Of a stretch of DNA of 58,813 nucleotides, positions 18,431-27,223 are shown piece after piece (within the stretch, counting starts at the first letter, position 1; every line of letters starts with the position of its first letter). The stretch comes from Thermoprotei archaeon. Its GTDB lineage: Archaea; Thermoproteota; Thermoprotei_A; EX4484-217-1. The notes beneath the pieces were generated by a model. It was not told where the DNA came from and did no database searches. It saw only the letters and a program-made list of their open reading frames with translations. The stretch spans positions 1-58,813 of the forward strand of contig JAGGUY010000015.1 in the NCBI GenBank assembly GCA_021158265.1, written 5' to 3'. The translations under genes were made by a program, and so were the position numbers.

Positions 18431-18562
18431 ATTACCCTCTATAATAGACTGCGTTGAGGTTTAAAGGCTTAGTCATTTAAATTAATCTATGTTCGAAGGT
18501 TTCTCATGTGCTAAATGTTTAAAAACCCCTTCAATAACACACTTACAAAGATGCAATAGAGG

Positions 18563-18976
18563 ATGTGGGAAATGCAAAAGGCCTTTGAAGCAAAACAGTC
18601 TCTCATGGAGGAAAATAGAGTTGTAGGTAAACATATCTATGCAAATCTTTACGGCTGCGACGTCAACGTTATTTCTGACGAGAAAAAGCTAAGTGACATT
18701 GTTAAGGAGGCAGCTAAGCTAGCAAAGGCAGTACTCTATGAGCTAAAGGTTTGGAAATTTGGTGGAGATAAGGGAGGGGTAAGTGTTATAGGTCTTGTTT
18801 TAGAAAGCCACATAGCAATACACACATGGCCTAAATATGAATACGCAACGGTAGATGTTTACACATGCGGTGCCCATACGGATCCTTGGTGCGCATTCAA
18901 ATATATTGTATCCCAGCTTAAACCTAAAAATATGAGTGTAAACTACGCAGATAGATCAAGTCCTGTTATTACATAA
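18563..18976 (+). CDS. pyruvoyl-dependent decarboxylase of the AdoMetDC (SpeH) family, paralog 2
   Basis: 137-aa ORF; 'VLESHIAIHTWPKYEYATVDVYTCG'; the start may be the second ATG at 18572. Confidence 0.8.
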   Translation: MWEMQKAFEAKQSLMEENRVVGKHIYANLYGCDVNVISDEKKLSDIVKEAAKLAKAVLYELKVWKFGGDKGGVSVIGLVLESHIAIHTWPKYEYATVDVYTCGAHTDPWCAFKYIVSQLKPKNMSVNYADRSSPVIT

Positions 18977-19060
18977 CTAACTTTAAGTAAGCTATTCTTT
19001 ATTCTCCATTAAGAAGAGAAATAAAATCTAACTTTCTTAATCTATCTTTTGGGGATAATA

Positions 19061-19624
19061 ATGCTAAAGCTGCTTATCGTTGGAGATACGCATATACCGA
19101 CAAGGGCAAAGAGTATTCCTGAAATAATGCTTAAAATTATTGATGAGAATAAGCCTTATGACTACGTTTTCTTTACGGGTGACCTCGTTTCCGAAAGCGT
19201 TTTAGAATTCTTTAAAAAACTAGGTTCAAAGGCTTTCTTCGTTAGAGGAAACATGGACTACTTAAGCTTACCAGAGTATGTTGTTGAAGAAGTGAATAAC
19301 ATAAAAATGGGGTTAATACATGGAGACCAAGTGTATCCGAGAGGTGATGTGGAAGGGCTTTTGAGAATAGCTCGTAATCTTAAAGTTAATGTATTAATAA
19401 ATGGGCATACGCATTACCTAAGAATAATTGCTGTAGATAACGTATTACTTGTTAACCCGGGTTCTTTAACTGGTGTATGGAGTGGCGGATACGCTTCAAT
19501 GAGGCCCTCAATGATTATTGGCTACGTTGAGGAACCCGGGAAAATTAGGTTAGTCAGCTATGAAGTTTATGGTAAAAAGCTTAAAAGAGAAGAGAGTATC
19601 TTTCATCTTAAAGAACTCACTTAG
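19061..19624 (+). CDS. MJ0936/YfcE-family metallophosphoesterase
   Basis: 'LLIVGDTHIP', 'FTGDL', 'VRGNMD', 'LIHGD', 'INGHTH' motif series; ATG at 19061 preferred over the TTG at 19049. Confidence 0.8.
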   Translation: MLKLLIVGDTHIPTRAKSIPEIMLKIIDENKPYDYVFFTGDLVSESVLEFFKKLGSKAFFVRGNMDYLSLPEYVVEEVNNIKMGLIHGDQVYPRGDVEGLLRIARNLKVNVLINGHTHYLRIIAVDNVLLVNPGSLTGVWSGGYASMRPSMIIGYVEEPGKIRLVSYEVYGKKLKREESIFHLKELT

Positions 19625-20939
19625 CTTTCCTAACTTTAAGCTTAGGTCCTACCTTATCTATAACGACTACTTCGTCTCCCGCACTTATTTTCTCATCAGA
19701 AATAGCTATCCAGTATTCTCCATCTATTAAGACAAATCCCTCCTTCCCAGGCGAGATGTCGTCAAGCGCTTTACCTTTGGCGCCAACAATCGTCCATATT
19801 AATGGCTTAGTTCTTTTCGCTTTTACAACCTTGTATATTACGAATGCGAAGAATCCTGAAGCTAAGAATCCTATAATTAATCCTGCAGTTAAGAATCTTA
19901 GATAAAACTCTGGAGTAATATACCATGATTCAGGTAGGTATATTGGAAGCAGTATAAACCCTAGTGCTATCATTACTATTCCTGTTGCACCTAATATTCC
20001 GAAACCAGGGGTTACAAGCTCTATTACAAGTAGTATTACGCCAGCTATTATGAGTATTGACGAAATAGTGTTTATCGTAAATCCCATACCGAAAAGTCCA
20101 AGTATGAATAGGAGCAGACCTACAGCAATCATCGGATAATGTCCTGTGAATAAGCTTATTAGTAAGATGTAGAATCCAAGCATTAACAGTATATTTGCAA
20201 TTAGCGGATCCGCTAAGGTGTTAGATAGCATTTCACCTAAACTCCACTTATATTCCTCAAGCATATATCCCTTAGTGTTTATCTTCACCTCGCCATAAGG
20301 CGTTTTTACGGTTATTCCATTAATTTTACTGAGAAGATCAGGAATATTATCCGCTACAATGTCTATTACATTGCTTTTTAGGGCTTCATCATAGTTTAAC
20401 GTTAGGTTTTTAGTTACGAACTCGTAAGCTGCAGTTTCATTCCTTCCTCTTTCCTTACTTATTGTTTGCACTAATTCGGCAACAGGATTTATTATCTTAC
20501 TATAGTTTACTGGTTGGAATCCTTCAGGACCATACATTACGGGTTGTGCTGCACCTATTGCTGTTCCAGGAGCCATCGCAGCGATATGACATGAGAGCAG
20601 TATTATTGTTCCAGCACTCCAAGCTGTTGCTCCTCTAGGATAAACGTATCCTACCACTGGAATTGCTGAGTTAAGTATTGCCTTAGCAACCTGTTCTGTA
20701 GCGTCAAGTTCTCCTCCTGGAGTATCGATTATTAAGAGGAGTATCGCGTTTTCGGATTCAGCTTTATTCAAAGCATTTATGAGAGCTGTAGCTAATCCCT
20801 GATTAATTGTTTTACCGTCAAATCTAAAGACGTATACTTTAGGTCCAGCATAGGTTTCAGCTTCAACAATGGAAATAGCTGTTATAAGTAATGCTATTAG
20901 TAGAAAAATTGTTATTTTACTAATACGCTTATTTTTCAT
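19617..20939 (-). CDS. NfeD-type membrane-bound serine protease (stomatin operon partner)
   Basis: 440-aa ORF with an N-terminal signal anchor, a ClpP-like domain ('IDTPGGELDA'), multiple TM segments and a C-terminal NfeD OB domain ('GFVLIDGEYWIAISDEKISAGDEVVVI'). Confidence 0.75.
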   Translation of the reverse strand: MKNKRISKITIFLLIALLITAISIVEAETYAGPKVYVFRFDGKTINQGLATALINALNKAESENAILLLIIDTPGGELDATEQVAKAILNSAIPVVGYVYPRGATAWSAGTIILLSCHIAAMAPGTAIGAAQPVMYGPEGFQPVNYSKIINPVAELVQTISKERGRNETAAYEFVTKNLTLNYDEALKSNVIDIVADNIPDLLSKINGITVKTPYGEVKINTKGYMLEEYKWSLGEMLSNTLADPLIANILLMLGFYILLISLFTGHYPMIAVGLLLFILGLFGMGFTINTISSILIIAGVILLVIELVTPGFGILGATGIVMIALGFILLPIYLPESWYITPEFYLRFLTAGLIIGFLASGFFAFVIYKVVKAKRTKPLIWTIVGAKGKALDDISPGKEGFVLIDGEYWIAISDEKISAGDEVVVIDKVGPKLKVRKAK

Positions 20940-20946
20940 CGCTCCA

Positions 20947-21723
20947 CTACTTCCCCTCCTTAATCCCCTTAATTAATCCCACAACCTCTCCTATACCTTT
21001 TCCGGTCTCTGAAATTACTACTAGGTTCTTTTCTCTAGCTATTTCAACCATTGTCTGAAGTTCTCTAAGCCTTAACGCTGCTGGATGTTTCTCATAGAAC
21101 TCTGCCGCCTCAGCCATAATCTTAGCTGCTTGTCTTTCACCTTCAGCCTCAATAACTCTGGCTCTCCTCCACCTTTCAGCTTCAGCCTGTTTAGCCATAG
21201 CTCTAAGCATTGTCTCTGGCAGCTTCACTTCCTTCATTGTTACTGCTGTTACTTTTATGCCCCAAGGATCCGTAGCAACATCTAAGATGCTTGTTAGTCT
21301 CTTGTTTAACTCCTCTCTCCTAGTAAGTAAGTCGTCTAGCTCTACCTGTCCAAGAACATCTCTAAGAGTTGTTTGTGCTAGAAGAAGCACTGCATATGAA
21401 TAGTTTTCGACGGCAACAACGGCCTTAATGGGGTCGAAGACCTTATAGTATACTACTGCGTCAACACCTACGGTTACGTTATCTTTCGTTATAATTCTCT
21501 GCTCTGGAACATCAACCGATACTACTCTAAGATCAACTATTCTTACACTATCAACCCACGGTATTATGAAGAATAGTCCTGGACCCTTAGCTCCAATGAG
21601 TCTACCGAGTCTGAAAATTACTGCTCTCTCATACTCTTTAACTATCTTAATACTCTTCGAAAGTATTATCAAAATCACTAGTAAAGGTATTCCAAAGTAT
21701 ATTAGAAAATCTATAAACTGCAA
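20947..21723 (-). CDS. stomatin/prohibitin (SPFH, band 7) protein
   Basis: 258-aa ORF; 'IKIVKEYERAVIFRLGRL', 'TKDNVTVGVDAVVYYKV', coiled 'QAEAERWRRARVIEAEGERQAA'. Confidence 0.85.
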   Translation of the reverse strand: MQFIDFLIYFGIPLLVILIILSKSIKIVKEYERAVIFRLGRLIGAKGPGLFFIIPWVDSVRIVDLRVVSVDVPEQRIITKDNVTVGVDAVVYYKVFDPIKAVVAVENYSYAVLLLAQTTLRDVLGQVELDDLLTRREELNKRLTSILDVATDPWGIKVTAVTMKEVKLPETMLRAMAKQAEAERWRRARVIEAEGERQAAKIMAEAAEFYEKHPAALRLRELQTMVEIAREKNLVVISETGKGIGEVVGLIKGIKEGK

Positions 21724-21745
21724 CTACTAAACACCTACACTCCAG

Positions 21746-23089
21746 CTATTCTCTATTATTCCCAATTTCCCTAAAGCTAGTAATAAACTCTTTGTAGAAA
21801 GGTAAGTTATCTAGGATATTCTTTAAAGGAGTAGACTTCATGATCATAATTTCCCAACTTCTAAGAGCAGGACAAATATAACATCCTAGCCTATAGAAGC
21901 CTAGCTCATAAAGTGGGTTTAGCGGTATATTGTTCTGTAGAAGGTATAATTGAGTATGAGCTGCACTCCACATTTTTATAGGAGCAACCTGCATGAATCC
22001 CTCATGACCTCTTATAGGTGGTCTTTTAGATCTAAGCTCCGATTCGGCATCTCGATCTCCCATAATAATTAAAACCTTATCCCTACTATCAGCAATACTA
22101 TCTATTGCTCTATAAAGAGCTGCTATTTTTAACTTAGTACACCATCGATCCTCATTTGTCGGAAATCTCCTACCTTTACTAAGTTCCTCATCTACATGTG
22201 CTTCTTCAACGATAAGGTTAACACCTAACTTTCTAGAAACTTTCTCAACATACTCTCTATTATGTGGAAAATCGACGCCTGTATCAACGTATATTGCATA
22301 AAGCTTCTTCCTACCAAACACTTTTACAGCTAAAATAAGTGCAGTTGTGCTATCTTTACCTCCACTCCATGGAACAATATATACGTCATGCTTATTTTTA
22401 ACGTTCTTTAGAAGTTTTGTTGAAATTTTTTCCATAACATGTAATGTCTCAATATTGTTTTCTAATGTTTTCTTTAAATTTACTAATGAGCCTTCAGTAT
22501 CTCTCTTTTCATAAACTTCAACGTACCCTCTATCCGGAATTTTTATTTTAGCAATGAGGTTTTTACCGCAAAATATGTCATGTTCTCCGCTAAATTTCCT
22601 TACAAAAACAAGGTAATCGCAACCTTTACAGTATATACCCAAGTATTTGCTGACTACGTTTTTATTTTCTAAGAAAACATCAAATGCTGGGTTAACTTCT
22701 ATAGGTAACCTTACACCCCTTTTAATTATGCTGAAAACATATCCTTCATTATTCCATCGTGTTTCCAGCCTAAACCTTGCCCTTGCTCTCTCAAATTCCG
22801 AAGCTAACTGGCTTATTCTTGTATTCCTAATTTTTTCCTTCGGAACCATGTGAATAACAGTGTTTGCGCCTAACATTCCATCTAACTTTAAAAATTCTTT
22901 ATCCTGCCTACCAATAAGTACTATGTTGTAGTATTCATTACTTAGAACATCGTGAAGTCTCTCAATGCCCTTTTCCCCTCTAGCACCCTTCAAAGTTGTT
23001 ACTTCAATGTCCCATCCTTGATAAAATGTTCTAAGCATTGCCTTTACAGCATCCGCATCCTTCTTTGCCCTAACAATTATTCTAATCAT
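21746..23089 (-). CDS. PAPS-reductase/PP-loop ATPase family protein with a ~230-aa uncharacterised N-terminal region
   Basis: 447-aa ORF; PP-loop 'VPWSGGKDSTTAL'; C-terminal 'RLGCYICP'. Confidence 0.65.
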   Translation of the reverse strand: MIRIIVRAKKDADAVKAMLRTFYQGWDIEVTTLKGARGEKGIERLHDVLSNEYYNIVLIGRQDKEFLKLDGMLGANTVIHMVPKEKIRNTRISQLASEFERARARFRLETRWNNEGYVFSIIKRGVRLPIEVNPAFDVFLENKNVVSKYLGIYCKGCDYLVFVRKFSGEHDIFCGKNLIAKIKIPDRGYVEVYEKRDTEGSLVNLKKTLENNIETLHVMEKISTKLLKNVKNKHDVYIVPWSGGKDSTTALILAVKVFGRKKLYAIYVDTGVDFPHNREYVEKVSRKLGVNLIVEEAHVDEELSKGRRFPTNEDRWCTKLKIAALYRAIDSIADSRDKVLIIMGDRDAESELRSKRPPIRGHEGFMQVAPIKMWSAAHTQLYLLQNNIPLNPLYELGFYRLGCYICPALRSWEIMIMKSTPLKNILDNLPFYKEFITSFREIGNNRE

Positions 23090-23173
23090 AGCTTATCGTA
23101 TCACATGCTTTATTTACTGTAAAAATTAAGTATTTTTCGAGGTACTAAACTTTAAAGTTAGGGTTTAAAGTAC

Positions 23174-23626
23174 ATGACTTCGATAAGCAAGAGAAAACTG
23201 GGCTTCGCTAGAGAAAGAGATCTCGCTAGGCTCTTCTGGAGGAAAGGCTTCGCATGTATAAGAGGGCCAGCCAGTGGAGCTAAAGCTAAGAGAATTATTT
23301 ATCCTGATCTCGTAGCTATGAAGAATGGAAAAATATTTGTTATTGAAGTTAAAACGAGAGAAAAACGTGAAACCATATATATTGAAAGATTGAAGATTGA
23401 AAGGTTAATTGAATTTTCCAAAAGGGCTGGAGGTCAAGCATTTTTAGCTGTAAAATATATGGATGGGTCGGGATGGAGGTTCATTCCTATAGAGAAACTT
23501 GAAACAACACCCGCTGGAAATTACCGTTTAACTCCGGAAACTGTAGCTAGAGAGGGATTAACACTTAATGACTTAGCTAGTATTGCTTCAAACACTGTTA
23601 GCCTAGATAAGTTCATTAGAATTTAG
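23174..23626 (+). CDS. hjc: Holliday junction resolvase Hjc
   Basis: 150-aa ORF; 'GFARERDLARLFWRKGFACIRGPASG' and 'PDLVAMKNGKIFVIEVKTR' (E..D..ExK) as in archaeal Hjc. Confidence 0.8.
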   Translation: MTSISKRKLGFARERDLARLFWRKGFACIRGPASGAKAKRIIYPDLVAMKNGKIFVIEVKTREKRETIYIERLKIERLIEFSKRAGGQAFLAVKYMDGSGWRFIPIEKLETTPAGNYRLTPETVAREGLTLNDLASIASNTVSLDKFIRI

Positions 23627-25206
23627 CCTTCAACTCTAACCCTAATGCTTATACCGAGTTTATCTTCTAGTTTCCTTAATCTCTTAGCTTTCTTCATTAA
23701 GAGTCTTGCATATTCTCTAGGAACTATAACTGTCACGTTACTTCCTTGAACCTCTATTGACGCTTGAGGTATTAACCTCTCAATTTCCCTTATTATTCTA
23801 CGTTCGAAACCGCTCATCCTAACTCTCTTAACAGGCACAACCACTGTTGCTTCTCCGAACTTGTAAATTTCATATTCTAGTTCTCCTGTTAGGAAGTCTT
23901 TTACTTCAACAACTGGTCTTGCTAGTTCAGCCTCTTTTAACCCCGTAGGGAGCTTAACAGATATTGAAACCTCGTAAACTTTCTTTACCTCACCGTTCTC
24001 TATGAAAATCACGGTATCTATGATACTGGGTATCATACCTAACTCTACTCTCCCAAGAAATCTTTGAATAGCATCTATTGGTGATGTTGCATGAACAACT
24101 CCTACCATACCTATTCCGGCTAGTCTAAGATCCGTATAGAGCTTGAAGTCTTCATCGTTTCTCATTTCATCAAAAAATGTGTAGTCGGGTCTGCTTAGTA
24201 GCAAAATATCGTGAAGTTCATCAGGCGATGCATAGCTCTTAGAATACTGTGTTATGTTGTCCGATAAGTGCATATCTCTCGGAGACTCAATTGTTTTAAC
24301 TATTTTTCCCTTTCTCGAATAGTATTCTGCTAACGCTTGAGCAAAAGTTGTTTTACCCATTCCAGGCGCGCCAGCTATAAGTATTCCTTCAGCCCTTTCC
24401 TCAAGTCTCTTAATAAGCTTTGGAGGTAAATTGTAATCTTCAAGTTTGAGCTTAACAAGCGGACGTACTGCCGTTATTTCCCAACCATCAGAGAGAGGTG
24501 GACGTGTGATGATTATTCTGAATAGGCCTAGCTGAACTATTGTTGAACCTGATCTATCAATTTCTACGAACCCGTCTCGTCTTGTTTTCGCTGCTTCAAT
24601 AATTTCCTTAGCTAAACTTTCAATTTCGTCTCTTGTAAGAGGCTTATCCCTAAGTGATACAATTCTCCAGCTTCCCGGTTTACCCTTCTTAGCTATAGGG
24701 GGGACTCCTTCCTTCAAGTGAATGCTCATAGTGTTTTTATCGAAGAATTCTTCAAGCCTTATTTTCTCCTCCTTCTTGGGTTCAATGTATATAACATTGA
24801 TTCCTAACGCCTTAGCAACTTCTGCTTGCACCCTATCGCTTGTTATGAGTGTTGCTTCTAATTCCCAAGCTAGTTCTCTAATTAGCGCGTCTATAGCGCC
24901 CAATTTAGCGTACTTTATTTCGTAAACCCTTGGTTTTTCACCTGCAATTTCAAGTTCTATAAGTCCTTTACTGGCAAGTTCACGTAACCTCTTTATTTCA
25001 TCAAGTCCTGCAAACCCTATCGCTTTACCCTGATTCGCCTGATTTTCAAGTTCTGATATGACGGCCTTATGTATTATTATTTTACCCTTAATTTTCCCTT
25101 TCTCTATAAGTTTAGAAACAGCACCCTCAATAATGACGCTAGTGTCAGGTACGTAGGTTTCTTCTTCAGTTACAGCTACCCGTAATTCCTCAACCTCATT
25201 ATCCAT
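23623..25206 (-). CDS. PIN-domain plus PilT-like ATPase plus KH-domain protein (COG1855-type)
   Basis: 527-aa ORF; PIN-like 'YVPDTSVIIEG', Walker A 'IAGAPGMGKTT', C-terminal KH-like 'RLRKLEDKLGISIRV'. Confidence 0.75.
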   Translation of the reverse strand: MDNEVEELRVAVTEEETYVPDTSVIIEGAVSKLIEKGKIKGKIIIHKAVISELENQANQGKAIGFAGLDEIKRLRELASKGLIELEIAGEKPRVYEIKYAKLGAIDALIRELAWELEATLITSDRVQAEVAKALGINVIYIEPKKEEKIRLEEFFDKNTMSIHLKEGVPPIAKKGKPGSWRIVSLRDKPLTRDEIESLAKEIIEAAKTRRDGFVEIDRSGSTIVQLGLFRIIITRPPLSDGWEITAVRPLVKLKLEDYNLPPKLIKRLEERAEGILIAGAPGMGKTTFAQALAEYYSRKGKIVKTIESPRDMHLSDNITQYSKSYASPDELHDILLLSRPDYTFFDEMRNDEDFKLYTDLRLAGIGMVGVVHATSPIDAIQRFLGRVELGMIPSIIDTVIFIENGEVKKVYEVSISVKLPTGLKEAELARPVVEVKDFLTGELEYEIYKFGEATVVVPVKRVRMSGFERRIIREIERLIPQASIEVQGSNVTVIVPREYARLLMKKAKRLRKLEDKLGISIRVRVEG

Positions 25207-25375
25207 ACCTATTTTACTCCTCCGTTCTAAACTATCACGTACTAAACACCCTAGACTTATAAGCTTATTAGTATGTTTCGTAAAACCTGACGTTAAGGAA
25301 AAAGTATGAAATTTAAGAATCTAAGGCACTAAGATATACTTCAGCAGTGAGATTTCAGGATTTTAAATAATGATA

Positions 25376-25765
25376 CTAAGATATACGGTATAAAGACCAG
25401 GTAGTGTTATTTCTCTTCGGCATACTGTAATGCAACTCTATCGGTAAACCGTAGCTTAAAACGAACATTAAAGTTGCACAGTAGAGTGTTGGCCAAAACT
25501 CGTTTATGTATGCGAAATATAATGAAGGTATGAAGAACACTGCGGTAAGAATGTTCAATATAGCCGCTAAGTCTAGTTGAGGTTCACTCTTGAACTTACT
25601 TAGCCACACCTTTTCGCCTAAAACAACTTTACTAAACCAGCTATTTACCTTCTTAGGTTTAGGGAAAACTACGAAGTTAATTATGACCCAAAGGATAACT
25701 ATTCCTAAACCTACCCAATTGTGATACCAAATAGCTAGGTAAAGGAAGGGCGAGATAAAATAAGG
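25376..25765 (-). pseudogene. membrane-protein ORF apparently lacking its 5' end
   Basis: The open frame runs from the stop at 25766-25768 down to 25376; the upstream 52 codons are TM-like ('LAIWYHNWVGLGIVILWVIINFVVF') with no ATG/GTG/TTG; the first start-like codon is the GTG at 25609. Confidence 0.4.
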
Positions 25766-25966
25766 TCAGTTAAGGAAATTATTGAAAGGGTCAATGTAAG
25801 AGATGGCGTAATTGTTGGAGATGGCGTAGATGATATTGAAGCCGGAAAAGCATTCTCCTTAAAAACTGTAGCCGTACTTTATGGTTTTACAAGTAGGGAT
25901 GAATTGCTTAGGCATAAACCGGATTATGTCATAAATAGAATAGACAAACTATTGGAGATAATTTAG
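25739..25966 (+). pseudogene. C-terminal remnant of a HAD-superfamily phosphatase (phosphoglycolate phosphatase-like)
   Basis: 75-codon open frame without a start: '...DGVIVGDGVDDIEAGKAFSLKTVAVLYGFTSRDELLRHKPDYVINRIDKLLEII'; this is HAD motif III plus the C-terminus only, and motif I (DxDxT) is absent upstream in every frame. Confidence 0.55.
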
Positions 25967-26028
25967 CTAAGAATTATTGAATTAAGTGTTTACATTTTCT
26001 CTACACATTAGATATTACATTAGATATT

Positions 26029-26856
26029 TTACTTGGCAATTTCCACAGTCGCGTCTAATTGATGTTTTCTTAAAAGCTCTCTTTTAAGCTCTCTTATTTT
26101 ATTTTTAAGCTCTTTAATTGTAATGTTTTCATTAAGAGATTCTATGAAGATATCACCATGCCATAAGTTATAGTGGACTTTTCTGATTTTGATTTTAATA
26201 ACTTTAAATCCATGTTTTTCAACAGTTCTTTTAACGTCGTTTATGTAGCTTCTTGAAGGTGCTATGTCGCTAATGTTCTTTAAAAGAGCTTTTCCAGTAC
26301 CATATATCTCAATGAAAATATATGATGCTAAAATTAGGGCTCCAATATAATCTATTATGTAAGTGTAAAGTGCACCTGCTAGACTAGCTAGAATAACTAT
26401 TGTGCTCTCGATAAGCTCACTAACGGTGAAGGCAGAGTACGGCTTAAAGAATTCGCCGCTCCTCTTAGCTACCGCTATTGCTAAGTAGTAAAATATGAAA
26501 CCTAGTATGGCAAATAATGTTGCATTAATACTTACACTATATGGCTCTATTTTGTAAAGCTCTGCAACAACGAGACCTGCAACAAAAGAGTATGAAATTA
26601 AAGATACTAATGTACCTCCGAATCCTAGCTTATAGTGTCCATAGTGATGATCTATATCGGGAGGTTTCCTACTGACCTTATAGTAGTATATCGTAGCATA
26701 TGCTGCAATGAAGTTAGCTATTGAAGTTAGCGCATCGACGAAAAGTGCTCTTGAGCCGTAAACAACGCCTCCAAATATTTTAAAGAAGCCTCCAAGAGCT
26801 GAAAATCCTAGGACTGCGTATAGTTTTCCTGAATTCTTCATCATGGCTTTAGTCAC
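26029..26856 (-). CDS. cation diffusion facilitator (CDF) family metal efflux protein
   Basis: 275-aa ORF; six hydrophobic segments, 'VDALTSIANFIAAY', 'PDIDHHYGHYK', cytoplasmic C-terminal domain. Confidence 0.7.
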   Translation of the reverse strand: MTKAMMKNSGKLYAVLGFSALGGFFKIFGGVVYGSRALFVDALTSIANFIAAYATIYYYKVSRKPPDIDHHYGHYKLGFGGTLVSLISYSFVAGLVVAELYKIEPYSVSINATLFAILGFIFYYLAIAVAKRSGEFFKPYSAFTVSELIESTIVILASLAGALYTYIIDYIGALILASYIFIEIYGTGKALLKNISDIAPSRSYINDVKRTVEKHGFKVIKIKIRKVHYNLWHGDIFIESLNENITIKELKNKIRELKRELLRKHQLDATVEIAK

Positions 26857-26992
26857 ACATTTAATCGTAGCATTATCGTGTAGAGAGTATTTTTAATTGT
26901 TTCTAAAACTGCAAGTTCAACTAATCTTTATATTGTTATTTCGAAAGTATTATAACTACGGACCTAGATGGCTAATGTAGGGATGTTGTGTA

Positions 26993-27211
26993 ATGGGTAA
27001 AGTTAGGAAGGGACAAAAGTGTTCGGTTAATGGATGCGAAAATACTTCTTCACATAGTGTAAGTTATGTTGAGGCTAGAGTTCTTGAGGAAAAAGGTTTG
27101 AAACTATCTCCTCTAAGGAATAGGGTTTACTTGTGTGATGAGCATTATAAGCTTTTTAAGAAGCTTAGGAAGAAAATTGAAAAGTATGAGAAATGGAGGA
27201 TTAGGGGATAG
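26993..27211 (+). CDS. small Cys/His protein, unknown function
   Basis: 72-aa ORF; 'KCSVNGCENTSSH...YLCDEHY' suggests a zinc knuckle; ends 12 nt upstream of leuS. Confidence 0.4.
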   Translation: MGKVRKGQKCSVNGCENTSSHSVSYVEARVLEEKGLKLSPLRNRVYLCDEHYKLFKKLRKKIEKYEKWRIRG

Positions 27212-27223
27212 GTGAATTAAGCC

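Noticed and set aside
25328-25384. 12-nt direct repeat ACTAAGATATAC (25328-25339 and 25373-25384)
   Set aside because: A single pair of short AT-rich repeats could arise by chance. No mobile-element features lie between them.
26005-26028. Tandem 12-mer ACATTAGATATT x2 next to the CDF gene stop
   Set aside because: There are only two short AT-rich copies. This is too short for a CRISPR or other array and is plausibly slippage in a 3' UTR.
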